Shown here piece after piece: positions 19,176-29,251 of a stretch of DNA of 35,096 nucleotides. The notes under the pieces are model-generated. The model had not been told where the DNA came from. It made no database searches and saw only the letters and a list, made by a program, of their open reading frames with translations. The translations under genes and the position numbers were made by a program. Within the stretch, counting starts at the first letter, position 1, and every line of letters starts with the position of its first letter. This DNA comes from Kofleriaceae bacterium (GTDB lineage: Bacteria > Myxococcota_A > Polyangia > Haliangiales > Haliangiaceae), in assembly GCA_965215005.1 (NCBI GenBank), contig CBDCCZ010000062.1, positions 1 to 35,096 on the forward strand, given 5' to 3'.

Positions 19176-19892
19176 ATGGCTGCCCTTGCCGATGCTGTCG
19201 TCGACCTCAGCCGCGACCTTTGCGAACGCGTCGACCGTCTCCGCTTCGCGGGCTCGGTGACACACGTCTACAACCCGCTTCGCTACGCGCGCGCCGCGCA
19301 CGAGCAGTACCTGCGGCTCGCAGCGCGGCCGAGCACCGCGTTGCTGTTGGGAATGAATCCCGGCCCGTGGGGCATGGCGCAGACTGGCGTGCCATTCGGT
19401 GAAGTGGCGACCGTACGCGATTGGCTCGCCATCGACGGCACCATCGAGCGCCCGCCTCTGGAGCACCCTAAACGACCGGTTCTCGGCTACGAATGCCGCC
19501 GGAGCGAAGTGAGCGGCGCGCGGCTATGGGGTTGGGCGCAAGAGCGGTTCGTCACTCCGGCCGCATTCTTCGCGCGGTTCTTCGTGTGGAACTACTGCCC
19601 GCTGTCGTTCATGGTCGAGAGCGGCGCAAATTTGACCCCAGACAAGCTTCCGGCTCACGAACGGAAGCCCCTGTTCGAGGTTTGCGACCGAGCGCTCGCT
19701 GCCCTCGTCGCCCTGGCCGAGCCGACAATGATCATCGGCATCGGCAAGTTCGCCGAAGCCCGCGCTCGAGCCGCCCTGCCCCAGACGACCCAAATCGGCT
19801 GCATTTTGCATCCCAGTCCCGCGAGCCCCGCGGCCAACCGCGGCTGGTCGTTAGCCGCCCAAGCGCAGCTCGAGGAGCTTGGCGTGCTGTAG
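19176..19892 (+). CDS. SMUG1-type (family 3) uracil-DNA glycosylase
   Basis: VYNPL.YA, GMNPGPWGMAQTGVPFG, HPKRPV.G, RSEVSG.RLW, NYCPL, ILHPSPASP.AN. Start ATG 19176 preceded by TG-c-TACCAC. Confidence 0.92.
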   Translation: MAALADAVVDLSRDLCERVDRLRFAGSVTHVYNPLRYARAAHEQYLRLAARPSTALLLGMNPGPWGMAQTGVPFGEVATVRDWLAIDGTIERPPLEHPKRPVLGYECRRSEVSGARLWGWAQERFVTPAAFFARFFVWNYCPLSFMVESGANLTPDKLPAHERKPLFEVCDRALAALVALAEPTMIIGIGKFAEARARAALPQTTQIGCILHPSPASPAANRGWSLAAQAQLEELGVL

Positions 19893-19912
19893 CGCTGCGG
19901 CACACCTACCAG

Positions 19913-20932
19913 CTACAACCGCGCGACCAGCTCCTTGGCGCCGTAGGCCAAAAGCGCGACCGCCGCCGCCGATGCTGCCCAGCGCGCGGTCTGCGGCGCG
20001 CCCAGCCGCATACCGATCTGGGTGAGCGGGCTACGCCCGCTGGACTGGTCGTCGAACTGGCCGTGAGCGCCGTGGTCGCCGCTCACCGGTTCGAACAAGT
20101 TCGAGGGACGATCGCGCTGCGCTGGCTGCTCCGTCATTTGGCCGCTCCACGCCTTTGTCGCGAGAAAATGATCGAGGAAGCCCGGCGCAACCTTGTTGCC
20201 TAAGATGGTCTGATAGGTGGGATAGCCGACGTAGATCTGCCGCCGGCGATGGTGAGCGGCGTAGTAAACCGCACGCGCCGCGACCTCGGGTTGGTAGATC
20301 GGCGGCACCGGCTGCGGGTGATAGTCCATGCGCGACTCACACCAGTCGAACTGCGGCGTGTTCATCGCGGGCAGATGCACCTCAGTAACCAAGATGCTCT
20401 CGCCGTTGTGAATCAGCTCGCTGCGCACCGAATCGAGAAAGCCGCGGATCGCGTGTTTTGCGCCGCAGTAGGCTGCCTGCAGCGGAATCCCGCGAAAGGC
20501 CAGTGCCGATCCCACCGACACCACGTGACCGCGATCGCGGCGACGCATCACGCGCAACGCAGCCATCGTTCCGTGAACCTGCCCGTGATAGGTGACGTCG
20601 GTGACGCGACGAAACTCCTCCGGCGTCACGTGCTCGACCGGCGCAAACACGGTGGTCATCGCATTATTGACCCACACGTCGATGGGCCCAAGCGTGTCTT
20701 CGACGCGTTCCGCGGCATCGAAGACCTCCTCCGCATTGGCGACATCAACGCGCAGAGGCAGCGGGATGCCGCCCAGTCGCTCGATCTCTTCGCACGTGGC
20801 TTTGAGGCCATCGTGGCCGCGGGCAATGACGCCGACGCAGGCGCCGCGTCGCGCGAACTCACGCGCCGTTGCTCGTCCCACTCCAGCGGTGGCGCCGGTA
20901 ATGACGACCACCTCCCGACCCTTTTGCTTCAT
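19913..20932 (-). CDS. Short-chain dehydrogenase/reductase with C-terminal hydrophobic tail
   Basis: ITGATAGVG, VWVNNA, YCGAK (YxxxK), PAMNTPQF.W, PVPPIYQPE. Confidence 0.92.
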   Translation of the reverse strand: MKQKGREVVVITGATAGVGRATAREFARRGACVGVIARGHDGLKATCEEIERLGGIPLPLRVDVANAEEVFDAAERVEDTLGPIDVWVNNAMTTVFAPVEHVTPEEFRRVTDVTYHGQVHGTMAALRVMRRRDRGHVVSVGSALAFRGIPLQAAYCGAKHAIRGFLDSVRSELIHNGESILVTEVHLPAMNTPQFDWCESRMDYHPQPVPPIYQPEVAARAVYYAAHHRRRQIYVGYPTYQTILGNKVAPGFLDHFLATKAWSGQMTEQPAQRDRPSNLFEPVSGDHGAHGQFDDQSSGRSPLTQIGMRLGAPQTARWAASAAAVALLAYGAKELVARL

Positions 20933-20964
20933 CGATTGTTCGCGTCCCATCGGCGAAACCAAAC

Positions 20965-20980
20965 AGCAAGCGACATGCCA
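20965..20980 (-). promoter_or_regulatory. Sigma54 -24/-12 motif (near-consensus)
   Basis: Minus strand TGGCATGTCGCTTGCT versus consensus TGGCAC-N5-TTGCW, 32 nt before the SDR ATG. Confidence 0.7.
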
Positions 20981-21034
20981 CGCGCTTCATTGCGGCCCGC
21001 GAGCGTTGCTGCCGCCCCAGCGTCGGGCGCGCGT

Positions 21035-21082
21035 CGTCGGCTCCCACGACAGCGTCTCCGTCGGCTCCCACGATAGCGTCTC
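21035..21082. repeat. 24-bp tandem duplication (2 copies, 1 mismatch)
   Basis: cgtcggctcccacgacagcgtctc / cgtcggctcccacgatagcgtctc. Confidence 0.9.
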
Positions 21083-21123
21083 AATCATGCGCGTCAGTGC
21101 CACCGTGACACGTCGGCGCCGGT

Positions 21124-21855
21124 TCAGCCCACCGCGCGGAACGACTTCTGCTCGACGTGCGCGTTGATCTCGCTCCAGCTCGGATGCTGCGCCAATAGCC
21201 CGAGCACGTCGGCCATCGTGAACAAGCGACTCGGCTGATATAGATGCGCGAGCAATCGCCTAACGAGCACCAAGTCCTCGTAGGTATCGACTGTCCAGCG
21301 GTGATGGGAGAGGTCGGTGGGAAAGCGATTGGAGCACGTCTTGAATCGCCCCGGCTGCTCGTATAAGTACGGCGTGACGTGCTCGCGGTGATAGGGCTGC
21401 GCCGCTTCGCGATGCGCCCGCGCGAGCGCCTCAAACGAGCACACCTCGACGTTCATGCCGCGCGGGATTCCGGGCTCCAGGGAGTTGGAGACGTAATCGA
21501 GCTCGCCCGCGCCAAACAACGCCAGGTTCTCGGCGACGAGCGCCGGGTCCATGAGCGGGCAGTCCGCGGTGATGCGAACAACCACCTCCGCGCCCACCTC
21601 GCTCGCAGCAGCGACATAGCGATCGAGAACATCGGCCTCGCTGCCGCGATGAACGCGGACTCCCAGCCGCTTCGCTTCGACCGCGATGGCGGCGTCGGCG
21701 GTCGCCGTGGTGGTTGCGACGATTACCTCGCCGAGACCTTGGGCGTGCAGCCGCTCGAGCAGGTGGGCTAGCAATGACTTGCCTGCTGCGCGTTCGAGCA
21801 CCTTGCCGGGGAGGCGCGTCGAGCCCATCCGCGCCTGAACGATGATAGCGATCAT
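21124..21855 (-). CDS. spsF: SpsF-like cytidylyltransferase family protein
   Basis: IIVQARMGSTRLPGKVL, VATT, RGSE.DVLDRY, VRITADCPL.DP, REHVTPY, RWTVDT.ED. Start ATG 21855. Confidence 0.88.
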   Translation of the reverse strand: MIAIIVQARMGSTRLPGKVLERAAGKSLLAHLLERLHAQGLGEVIVATTTATADAAIAVEAKRLGVRVHRGSEADVLDRYVAAASEVGAEVVVRITADCPLMDPALVAENLALFGAGELDYVSNSLEPGIPRGMNVEVCSFEALARAHREAAQPYHREHVTPYLYEQPGRFKTCSNRFPTDLSHHRWTVDTYEDLVLVRRLLAHLYQPSRLFTMADVLGLLAQHPSWSEINAHVEQKSFRAVG

Positions 21856-21981
21856 ATGCAGATCATCGGCCGTTGGCGGTGGAGTTTGAGCCGGGCGGCT
21901 GCGTATGCCGAAGGCGATTTCCGACGGATTTGCAGTGGGTTGCAAAGCGCCAGTGATATCGCGCTGTTGGACCGGCAACAG

Positions 21982-21990
21982 TGTTACGAT
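21982..21990 (+). promoter_or_regulatory. Candidate extended -10 (TG-t-TACGAT) 8 nt before orn ATG
   Basis: gTGtTACGAT-cgcggtcc-ATG, with no SD. Confidence 0.5.
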
Positions 21991-21998
21991 CGCGGTCC

Positions 21999-22550
21999 AT
22001 GCTGATCTGGATGGACCTCGAAATGACCGGCCTCGACCCGGACCGCGAGCGCATCATCGAAATGGTCACCCTCGTCACCGATAGCGCGCTAAACGTCGTG
22101 GCCGAAGGGCCGGAGATCGTTATTCATCAATCGGAGTCGCTGCTCGCGGCGATGGATGAATGGAATCAAACGCATCACGGCGACTCCGGTTTAGTCGAAA
22201 AAGTTCGCTCCTCGACAGTGAGCGAGACAGAAGCGGAAGCGCAGACGTTGCGGTTCTTGGAGCAGCACTGCAAGCCGGGCAAGATTCCGCTCGCGGGCAA
22301 CTCGATACATCAAGATCGGCGTTTCTTGAGCAAGTACATGCCGGCTCTCGACCGGTTCTTGCACTACCGCAACGTCGATGTCTCGACGGTGAAAGAGCTA
22401 ACCCGTCGCTGGTATCCCGACGCGTACGGTAAACGCCCCGAGAAAAAAGGCAGCCACCGCGCCCTCGACGATATTCGCGACTCGATCGCCGAGCTGCGCT
22501 ACTACCGCGACGCCGTGTTTCGGGCCGCGAGCGACGTCGGCGAGGGTTGA
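21999..22550 (+). CDS. orn: Oligoribonuclease
   Basis: [64 protein letters not shown]. Confidence 0.97.
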   Translation: MLIWMDLEMTGLDPDRERIIEMVTLVTDSALNVVAEGPEIVIHQSESLLAAMDEWNQTHHGDSGLVEKVRSSTVSETEAEAQTLRFLEQHCKPGKIPLAGNSIHQDRRFLSKYMPALDRFLHYRNVDVSTVKELTRRWYPDAYGKRPEKKGSHRALDDIRDSIAELRYYRDAVFRAASDVGEG

Positions 22551-22555
22551 GTGGC

Positions 22556-22561
22556 TATAGT
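22556..22561 (+). promoter_or_regulatory. Candidate -10 hexamer (TATAGT) 8 nt before aat GTG
   Basis: TATAGT-tagcccgc-GTG within the 19-bp orn-aat gap. Confidence 0.45.
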
Positions 22562-22569
22562 TAGCCCGC

Positions 22570-23328
22570 GTGCCCGTTTTTCGTCTGGACAGTCGTCTCG
22601 TGTTTCCGCCCGCCGATCTCGCGGATGAAAACGGCCTCCTCGCGGTGGGCGGCGACCTGCGACCCGAGCGCCTCGTGCTCGCCTACTCGCAAGGAATCTT
22701 TCCTTGGTATCAGGAGGGCCTGCCGATTCTATGGCACTCGCCGCCGGAGCGGTTTGCCATGGAGGTCGACGAGCTACGGGTCGGCCGCAGCTTGCGCAAA
22801 GCGCTGCGCAAAGCGCCGTACCAGCTCACGCTCGATACCGACTTCGCGGGGGTAATCCGCGGCTGCGCGGCGACACCGCGCGCCGACCAAGATGGCACGT
22901 GGATTACCTCCGAGATGGAGGCTGCTTACCTGCGGCTTCATGAGCTTGGCTTCGCGCACTCCGTCGAAGCGCGTCGCAACGGCGAGCTCGTCGGCGGCCT
23001 CTACGGCGTCTGCCTAAGCGGTGCGTTCTTCGGCGAGTCGATGTTCAGTCGCGCCAGCGACGCATCGAAGATCGCCTTCGTGACGCTCGTGCGGCAGCTG
23101 CAGCGTTGGAGCATCTCGCTCATCGATTGTCAGGTGTACACCGAGAATCTGGAGCGTTTTGGCGCTTCTTCCTGGTCGCGTGAGCGGTTTCTGCAGCGGC
23201 TCAAAGAAGCACTCGATGCTCCAACGCGGCGTGGAAGGTGGGCATTCGACGCTGACCTCACGACCGCGGCGCTTGCCGACTCCGACGAGTCAAGAGCGGC
23301 AAGCGTCGAGCCTAGCAATCGTCAGTGA
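22570..23328 (+). CDS. aat: Leucyl/phenylalanyl-tRNA--protein transferase
   Basis: GLLAVGGDL, AYSQGIFPWY, GTWIT, LHELGFAHSVE, LVGGLYG, FFGESMFS..DASKIAF, IDCQ. Confidence 0.97.
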   Translation: MPVFRLDSRLVFPPADLADENGLLAVGGDLRPERLVLAYSQGIFPWYQEGLPILWHSPPERFAMEVDELRVGRSLRKALRKAPYQLTLDTDFAGVIRGCAATPRADQDGTWITSEMEAAYLRLHELGFAHSVEARRNGELVGGLYGVCLSGAFFGESMFSRASDASKIAFVTLVRQLQRWSISLIDCQVYTENLERFGASSWSRERFLQRLKEALDAPTRRGRWAFDADLTTAALADSDESRAASVEPSNRQ

Positions 23329-24014
23329 CGGGTCTCGCGTGGTAGTCCGCTGCCGGCGGCGAGCCACGTGCGTACCGACTCGAGGTGCTCTTGCTCTTCG
23401 AGCAATGCGCGCTGGCAGCTGCTCGCGAGCTCTTGTTGGCCGCTCTTGCGCGCCAGCTCCATCAGCATCTGCCAGCTGTCGTTGTCGGCAAGCTCCGCAA
23501 CCAAGATCGCCTCGAGAGACTCTAGGAGCGAGGTGCGCGGATCGGCGATAACCGCTGGCACCCCCTGCCCCACCGTCAACTGCAGATCCGCCGACGGCGT
23601 GACCGCGGTGGGATCACCACCGAGCTCAGCGATGGCCGAGGTGAGCATCTCGAAATGCTCGCGCTCCTGATCACGGATGCGCTCCAAGTCGGACTTTTCT
23701 GGCCCGCCGGTAAAGCTGCCATACGCCTCCAGCTTGTCTATGAGCCCTTCGTAAAGCCGCGTGCCGGTGCGTTCGAAGGCGAGCCGCGCGCCGAGCTTGT
23801 CGATGAGCGGCGCCAGCTCCTTTTTCACCTCGCTTGGAATACTGCCGAATGCGATGCCCTCCTTGGCATAGGTGGCGCGAACCTTCGAAATGCGCTCGTC
23901 GCCATCGCGCGACGTAGGGGGAAACTCTCTGGTTCCATCTTGCATGTCCCGCGCGAGCTCGGGTGACGTGGAGATACCAGTGCGATTGGATCCGGTTTGT
24001 GGTTGTTGTCGCAT
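23322..24014 (-). CDS. Ferritin-like domain protein
   Basis: AFERTGTRLYE, QEREH, LGGDPTAVTPSAD, AELADNDSW, EEQEH. SD AGGAG upstream. Converges on aat with a 7-nt overlap. Confidence 0.85.
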   Translation of the reverse strand: MRQQPQTGSNRTGISTSPELARDMQDGTREFPPTSRDGDERISKVRATYAKEGIAFGSIPSEVKKELAPLIDKLGARLAFERTGTRLYEGLIDKLEAYGSFTGGPEKSDLERIRDQEREHFEMLTSAIAELGGDPTAVTPSADLQLTVGQGVPAVIADPRTSLLESLEAILVAELADNDSWQMLMELARKSGQQELASSCQRALLEEQEHLESVRTWLAAGSGLPRETRH

Positions 24015-24029
24015 GAGATTCTCCTGCCG

Positions 24030-25241
24030 TTAGCGGGTGGGCGGCGCGCTCGGCCGCGAAGTGAAACCAGCGCCTCGTCCGTCGCTCTGGCGCGCGAGCT
24101 CGGTGCCGGGATGCCAAATGTAGTCGCCTGAGACGGCATCGGAAGGAGAGCCGTCAGAGTTGAGCTGTTCGCGATAGCTCTTGGTGGCTTCGCTCTCCTG
24201 GTCGCGCCGCACGAACTCAGTCCCCTTGGCGCTCAGCTCGACCTCGTCGCGCAGCACTTCACGGACATACTCGCGGTGGGACTGATACCGAATCGGCTCC
24301 GGCAACTTGGAGTCGATGATCTCGGAGACGTCGCGGCGCTCGTGGTTCTCGAATAGGTCGGCGACCACACGCAGCTGACCGAGCTCATAGTCGAGAAAGC
24401 GCTCCCAGATCTTCTTGATGCGCGGGTCGTCTTCGGACTCGACGCAACTCCAGTAGTTATAGACCTCGTTGGCCTCGTGCAGCACCCACTTCTCGAGCCA
24501 CGTCTCTTCAGCGTCGATGATCGATTCGTACTGAGTGACGTGTTGTTCCTCGATGGAAGCGATTTCCGCATAGAGCTGGCGACCGATGGGATCGGGATAC
24601 GTCGGACCAACAGTCATGTAGTAGTCATGCGTCTGGTGCTCGCCCGACATGATCGTGAGCGCGTTGAGCTTACTGACCATCGCTGCCTTGGTGCGGTCGT
24701 AGCAGCGCCGCAAATCGTCGTCGGGGTGGCGATGCTCGATGGAAGTCGGCCGCCCCGGCAAGATATCCGAATAGCTTTGAACGAGCGCATTGGCGTCTTT
24801 GCCCTCGACCCGATCCATCAGTGCCGCGTAGCGATACATATGATCGAAGTCTTCGAGGAGCCCAAAGCGATACACCTGGGCCAGATACTCGTCTGGCTCC
24901 GCACGCGCCACGCTCGCAGTGACCTCGATTGCCACTTGCTCGAACCCGAGCGTGGTCTCGAGCTGCGACTGATTTGCTGGAATGAGCCAGTTGATTAGGG
25001 TCTGTTGATGTTGCTCGACGCGTCGAATGCGCGCCAAATCCTTTTGCAGTGAGCGGTTCATTCGCGCGCACGCGTGCCCGAAGCGGTTGGCCTCGGACTC
25101 AATGCCGTTCATGAGGATGATGCGGACGCGCGTAAATGCATCGCTATCGATTTTGCTAATAGGCGCCTGTACCAGCTCTTGCCAGGTAAAACGCTGTTTG
25201 TCTAAAGGGGTGCCTTTGTCTTTCAAGAGATCGATGGCCAT
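24030..25241 (-). CDS. Conserved hypothetical protein with tandem ferritin/hemerythrin-like helical bundles
   Basis: Repeated carboxylate/His motifs GIESE, VEQHQ, FEQVA, LEDFDH, GEHQTH, IEEQH, HEANE, YELGQ. SD GAGGAG before ATG 25241. 15-nt gap to the next gene. Confidence 0.8.
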   Translation of the reverse strand: MAIDLLKDKGTPLDKQRFTWQELVQAPISKIDSDAFTRVRIILMNGIESEANRFGHACARMNRSLQKDLARIRRVEQHQQTLINWLIPANQSQLETTLGFEQVAIEVTASVARAEPDEYLAQVYRFGLLEDFDHMYRYAALMDRVEGKDANALVQSYSDILPGRPTSIEHRHPDDDLRRCYDRTKAAMVSKLNALTIMSGEHQTHDYYMTVGPTYPDPIGRQLYAEIASIEEQHVTQYESIIDAEETWLEKWVLHEANEVYNYWSCVESEDDPRIKKIWERFLDYELGQLRVVADLFENHERRDVSEIIDSKLPEPIRYQSHREYVREVLRDEVELSAKGTEFVRRDQESEATKSYREQLNSDGSPSDAVSGDYIWHPGTELARQSDGRGAGFTSRPSAPPTR

Positions 25242-25280
25242 GGAAGCTCTCCTCGAGCGTGGGGTCTTCGCCCGGAGGAA

Positions 25281-25296
25281 GGCAACTCTTGTTCCG
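25281..25296 (-). promoter_or_regulatory. Sigma54-like -24/-12 motif
   Basis: Minus strand CGGAACAAGAGTTGCC, 39 nt before ATG 25241. Confidence 0.55.
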
Positions 25297-25399
25297 ACTC
25301 TCAGCAAGCCGCACGGGCACCAAAACCTCGGCTTGCACGCTGCACTTCATCGACAGCGCCCACGCGAGTAACGTGACGCTCCCGCACGATGTGCCAGGG

Positions 25400-26410
25400 C
25401 TACTCGCTCATACGCTGAGACAAACAGCTCTGTGCGTGTCGCAGCGCGATTGGCGTAATTGCATCGGCCACTGCCCGCAGCAGCTCCTCGGGCCGCTCGG
25501 CGAGGTTGTCGAAGAGCGCCGCGTGGACCTCGATGCAGTCATCGAGGCTGCGAGCGAGCACGTCGCCGGTGTCCGCCCAGCGCATCGTGGTGGCCGTTAG
25601 GTGCTCGTGCACCAGCGGCTGCAACAGAGCTGGCGCCAGAGCGATGGCAGCACCGAGCAGCGCAACCCGCACTGGCTGGGGAAGCGGCCTGCCGACAACG
25701 GGGCTGGTGCAAGCACCGACTGGCTCAGGCCCCTCGAGGAGGGCGCCATCGGCAGCAAACGTCGCAACGTGCGCGTAAATCACACCGCCGATTTCCATCA
25801 CCGCTTGCCAGTTGGGGCCATCGGGGCGCAGTAGAGAGGGCCCCACCCCATCGCGAACATAGCCGCGTGCACCCAAGAAGACCTTTTCCAGTCCATCGCG
25901 GTGCTGAACGCACACTTGCGGACTGACGAAGCGTCGCTTGAAGGGCGCGGGCACGAAGTCGACCGGCACCTCGCGAGACACGCCCACGAGCGCACTCTCG
26001 CGAACTTGACGGGTAAAGAGCTCCAGCGCCACCTCCGGCTCGTCCACCACCGTGAAACATTCTGTAAGCGCGTCAAAGAGCGCGGCGGTTGGATACGGTC
26101 CCCGATACCGCAGCCGTGACACACCGGCGGCACGGGCCTGGGTCGCGAGCAGGTTTAGTACCGCGGTCCCGGCGCCGGGAGGCAAGGCGCCCGGCGCATC
26201 GAGCGGCGGAATTTGCTGCGGCGCCGCCCAATCCACCGCCGCTAACCGGCCAAGGACAGTGCCGTCTTCGGCGTGGAGCGTATCGCAAATGCCAAACAAC
26301 AGATGCTCATCACTGCGGGTGCGCAGCACGACCGTGCCCGCGCTCGGCACGCGCAGCCGCGCCGCCACCAGACGTCCTTGCGCCCACTCGAGTGTTACGG
26401 TTTCGCTCAC
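25400..26410 (-). CDS. Hypothetical protein (336 aa)
   Basis: Long ORF with protein-like composition (P.ALPPGAGTAVLN, LRYRGPYPT.ALFD.L.ECF). No family recognised. Confidence 0.78.
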   Translation of the reverse strand: MSETVTLEWAQGRLVAARLRVPSAGTVVLRTRSDEHLLFGICDTLHAEDGTVLGRLAAVDWAAPQQIPPLDAPGALPPGAGTAVLNLLATQARAAGVSRLRYRGPYPTAALFDALTECFTVVDEPEVALELFTRQVRESALVGVSREVPVDFVPAPFKRRFVSPQVCVQHRDGLEKVFLGARGYVRDGVGPSLLRPDGPNWQAVMEIGGVIYAHVATFAADGALLEGPEPVGACTSPVVGRPLPQPVRVALLGAAIALAPALLQPLVHEHLTATTMRWADTGDVLARSLDDCIEVHAALFDNLAERPEELLRAVADAITPIALRHAQSCLSQRMSE

Positions 26411-26417
26411 CCGCCGC

Positions 26418-26423
26418 AGCCTA
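26418..26423 (-). promoter_or_regulatory. Candidate -10 hexamer (TAGGCT) 7 nt before GTG 26410
   Basis: Minus strand TAGGCT-gcggcgg-GTG. Confidence 0.45.
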
Positions 26424-26614
26424 CTCCACCCTCACGGCCGACGTTGCGGCGCGGCCATGCTCGATCCTGTCGCTGGCGTTTAGCAGTGGCGTGGGCGCGG
26501 CGTTGGTTGGTCGGCTTGCGCGCTCGGCGCAGCGCTGGCATGGTCGTGAGCGATTCGCCCGCGTCGCCACGTCGGCGGCCGATGATCGAGTCGTTAGGGC
26601 GTCCACCACCTCTC

Positions 26615-28084
<1,470 letters not shown>

Positions 28085-28180
28085 CCAGTACCGAGCAAGG
28101 CGTTGCATACTTCCTCGCCACGCTCGTGACACTCATGAACGTTGATAGAAGTCGATACGGCTGATGATGGTCGCTCATCG

Positions 28181-28196
28181 CGGCCCGGTGGTTGCA
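28181..28196 (+). promoter_or_regulatory. Sigma54-like -24/-12 motif
   Basis: CGGCCCGGTGGTTGCA, 48 nt before ATG 28245. SD AAGGA. Confidence 0.55.
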
Positions 28197-28244
28197 AACG
28201 AGCGGGGGCGGCCCGTCTAGTGGGCCGAAGAAAGGACGACCACA

Positions 28245-29168
28245 ATGGGCAATCGACACAATCGAGATGAAGAACGTTGGGGCGGCGGCCGCGAGCGCTC
28301 CATGAATGATCGCAACCAGAACAACATGGGGCGCGACGAGCAACGTGGGGGCGAGAGCTCCTACGGCCGTGGGCAAGGGATGCGCGGCGACTTTGACATG
28401 CAGCGCGACGAGGATCGCTTTGGTGGTCGCGATCAATCGACGCTGCGGCCACGCGGCTACGAGCGCGACATGTACGACCGCGACTTTGGGGGCCGTGACA
28501 TCGACGCCGGCTACGGCGGCTCCGACTACAGCTCGGACCGCTTTGGCGGCGGCTCGTCGGGACGCTACCGCTCCAATGAGGGAGGCCAGAATTTCGGCCG
28601 CCAGCAAGGTGGTGGCCAGCGCGACTTCGGCGGCGGGCAGAATTTCGGCCGCCAGCAAGGCGGTGGACAGCGCGACTTCGGCGGCGGCCAGCGCGACTTC
28701 GGCGGCGGTTATGGCCAGCAAGGGCGCTCCGGCCAGGATTGGCAGCAGGGCTCCCAAGGCTATGACCGGATGAACCAGGACGACTGGCAATCCGGTGGCA
28801 ACCAACAGTCATGGACGGGCGGCTCGCAAGACAATTCTCGAAGCGGCGAGCAGCAGTCGTTCCGCGGCAAAGGCCCGCGCGGCTACACCCGCTCCGACGA
28901 CCGAATCCGCGAAGACGTTTGCGATCGGCTAGCGGATCACGACCGCATCGATGCTAGCGAGATCGAGATCGACGTGAGCAGCGGCGAAGTTACCCTGCGC
29001 GGCACCGTCGAAGACCGGCGCATCAAGCATCAAGCTGAAAATCTGTGTGCATCTATCAGCGGCGTAAGCGAGGTACATAACCAGCTGCGCGTTCAGCCTC
29101 GGCAGAGCGAAGAGCGGACCAATGGCCACGGCCTGAGCCGCACGCAAACCGAGAACCGACTGCAATAA
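28245..29168 (+). CDS. BON-domain protein with G/Q/R/D-rich low-complexity N-terminus
   Basis: C-terminal FRGKGPRGYTRSDDRIREDVCDRL..H..IDASEIEIDV..GEVTLRGTV..R..K..AE...ISGV.EVHNQLRV. No signal peptide. Confidence 0.92.
   Translation: MGNRHNRDEERWGGGRERSMNDRNQNNMGRDEQRGGESSYGRGQGMRGDFDMQRDEDRFGGRDQSTLRPRGYERDMYDRDFGGRDIDAGYGGSDYSSDRFGGGSSGRYRSNEGGQNFGRQQGGGQRDFGGGQNFGRQQGGGQRDFGGGQRDFGGGYGQQGRSGQDWQQGSQGYDRMNQDDWQSGGNQQSWTGGSQDNSRSGEQQSFRGKGPRGYTRSDDRIREDVCDRLADHDRIDASEIEIDVSSGEVTLRGTVEDRRIKHQAENLCASISGVSEVHNQLRVQPRQSEERTNGHGLSRTQTENRLQ
28581..28703 (+). repeat. Intragenic tandem repeat: two 51-bp units plus a 21-bp partial unit
   Basis: Encodes GGQNFGRQQGGGQRDFG twice, then GGQRDFG. Confidence 0.9.
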
Positions 29169-29177
29169 CTTTCGCAG

Positions 29178-29213
29178 AACGGGGTCGATTTCTTTCAGGA
29201 GCGGCCCCGTTTT
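29178..29213 (+). terminator. Possible intrinsic terminator after the BON gene
   Basis: Stem aacggggtcg / cggccccgtt (one G-U pair), 14-nt loop, short T run. Confidence 0.4.
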
Positions 29214-29251
29214 GATTGCATGCCGTTCTCGATGGGGTTTTCGTAGACCTC

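Noticed and set aside
21035..21082. CRISPR-like repeat
   Set aside because: Only two directly adjacent copies with no spacer, and no cas genes.
26273..26614. ORF-track N-terminal extension of the OYE (similarly 11114, 13602, 18948, 7795, 21978 and 25307 starts for other genes)
   Set aside because: These extensions overlap neighbouring genes or promoter regions and are non-homologous Arg/Ala-rich text. Downstream starts fit the family N-termini.
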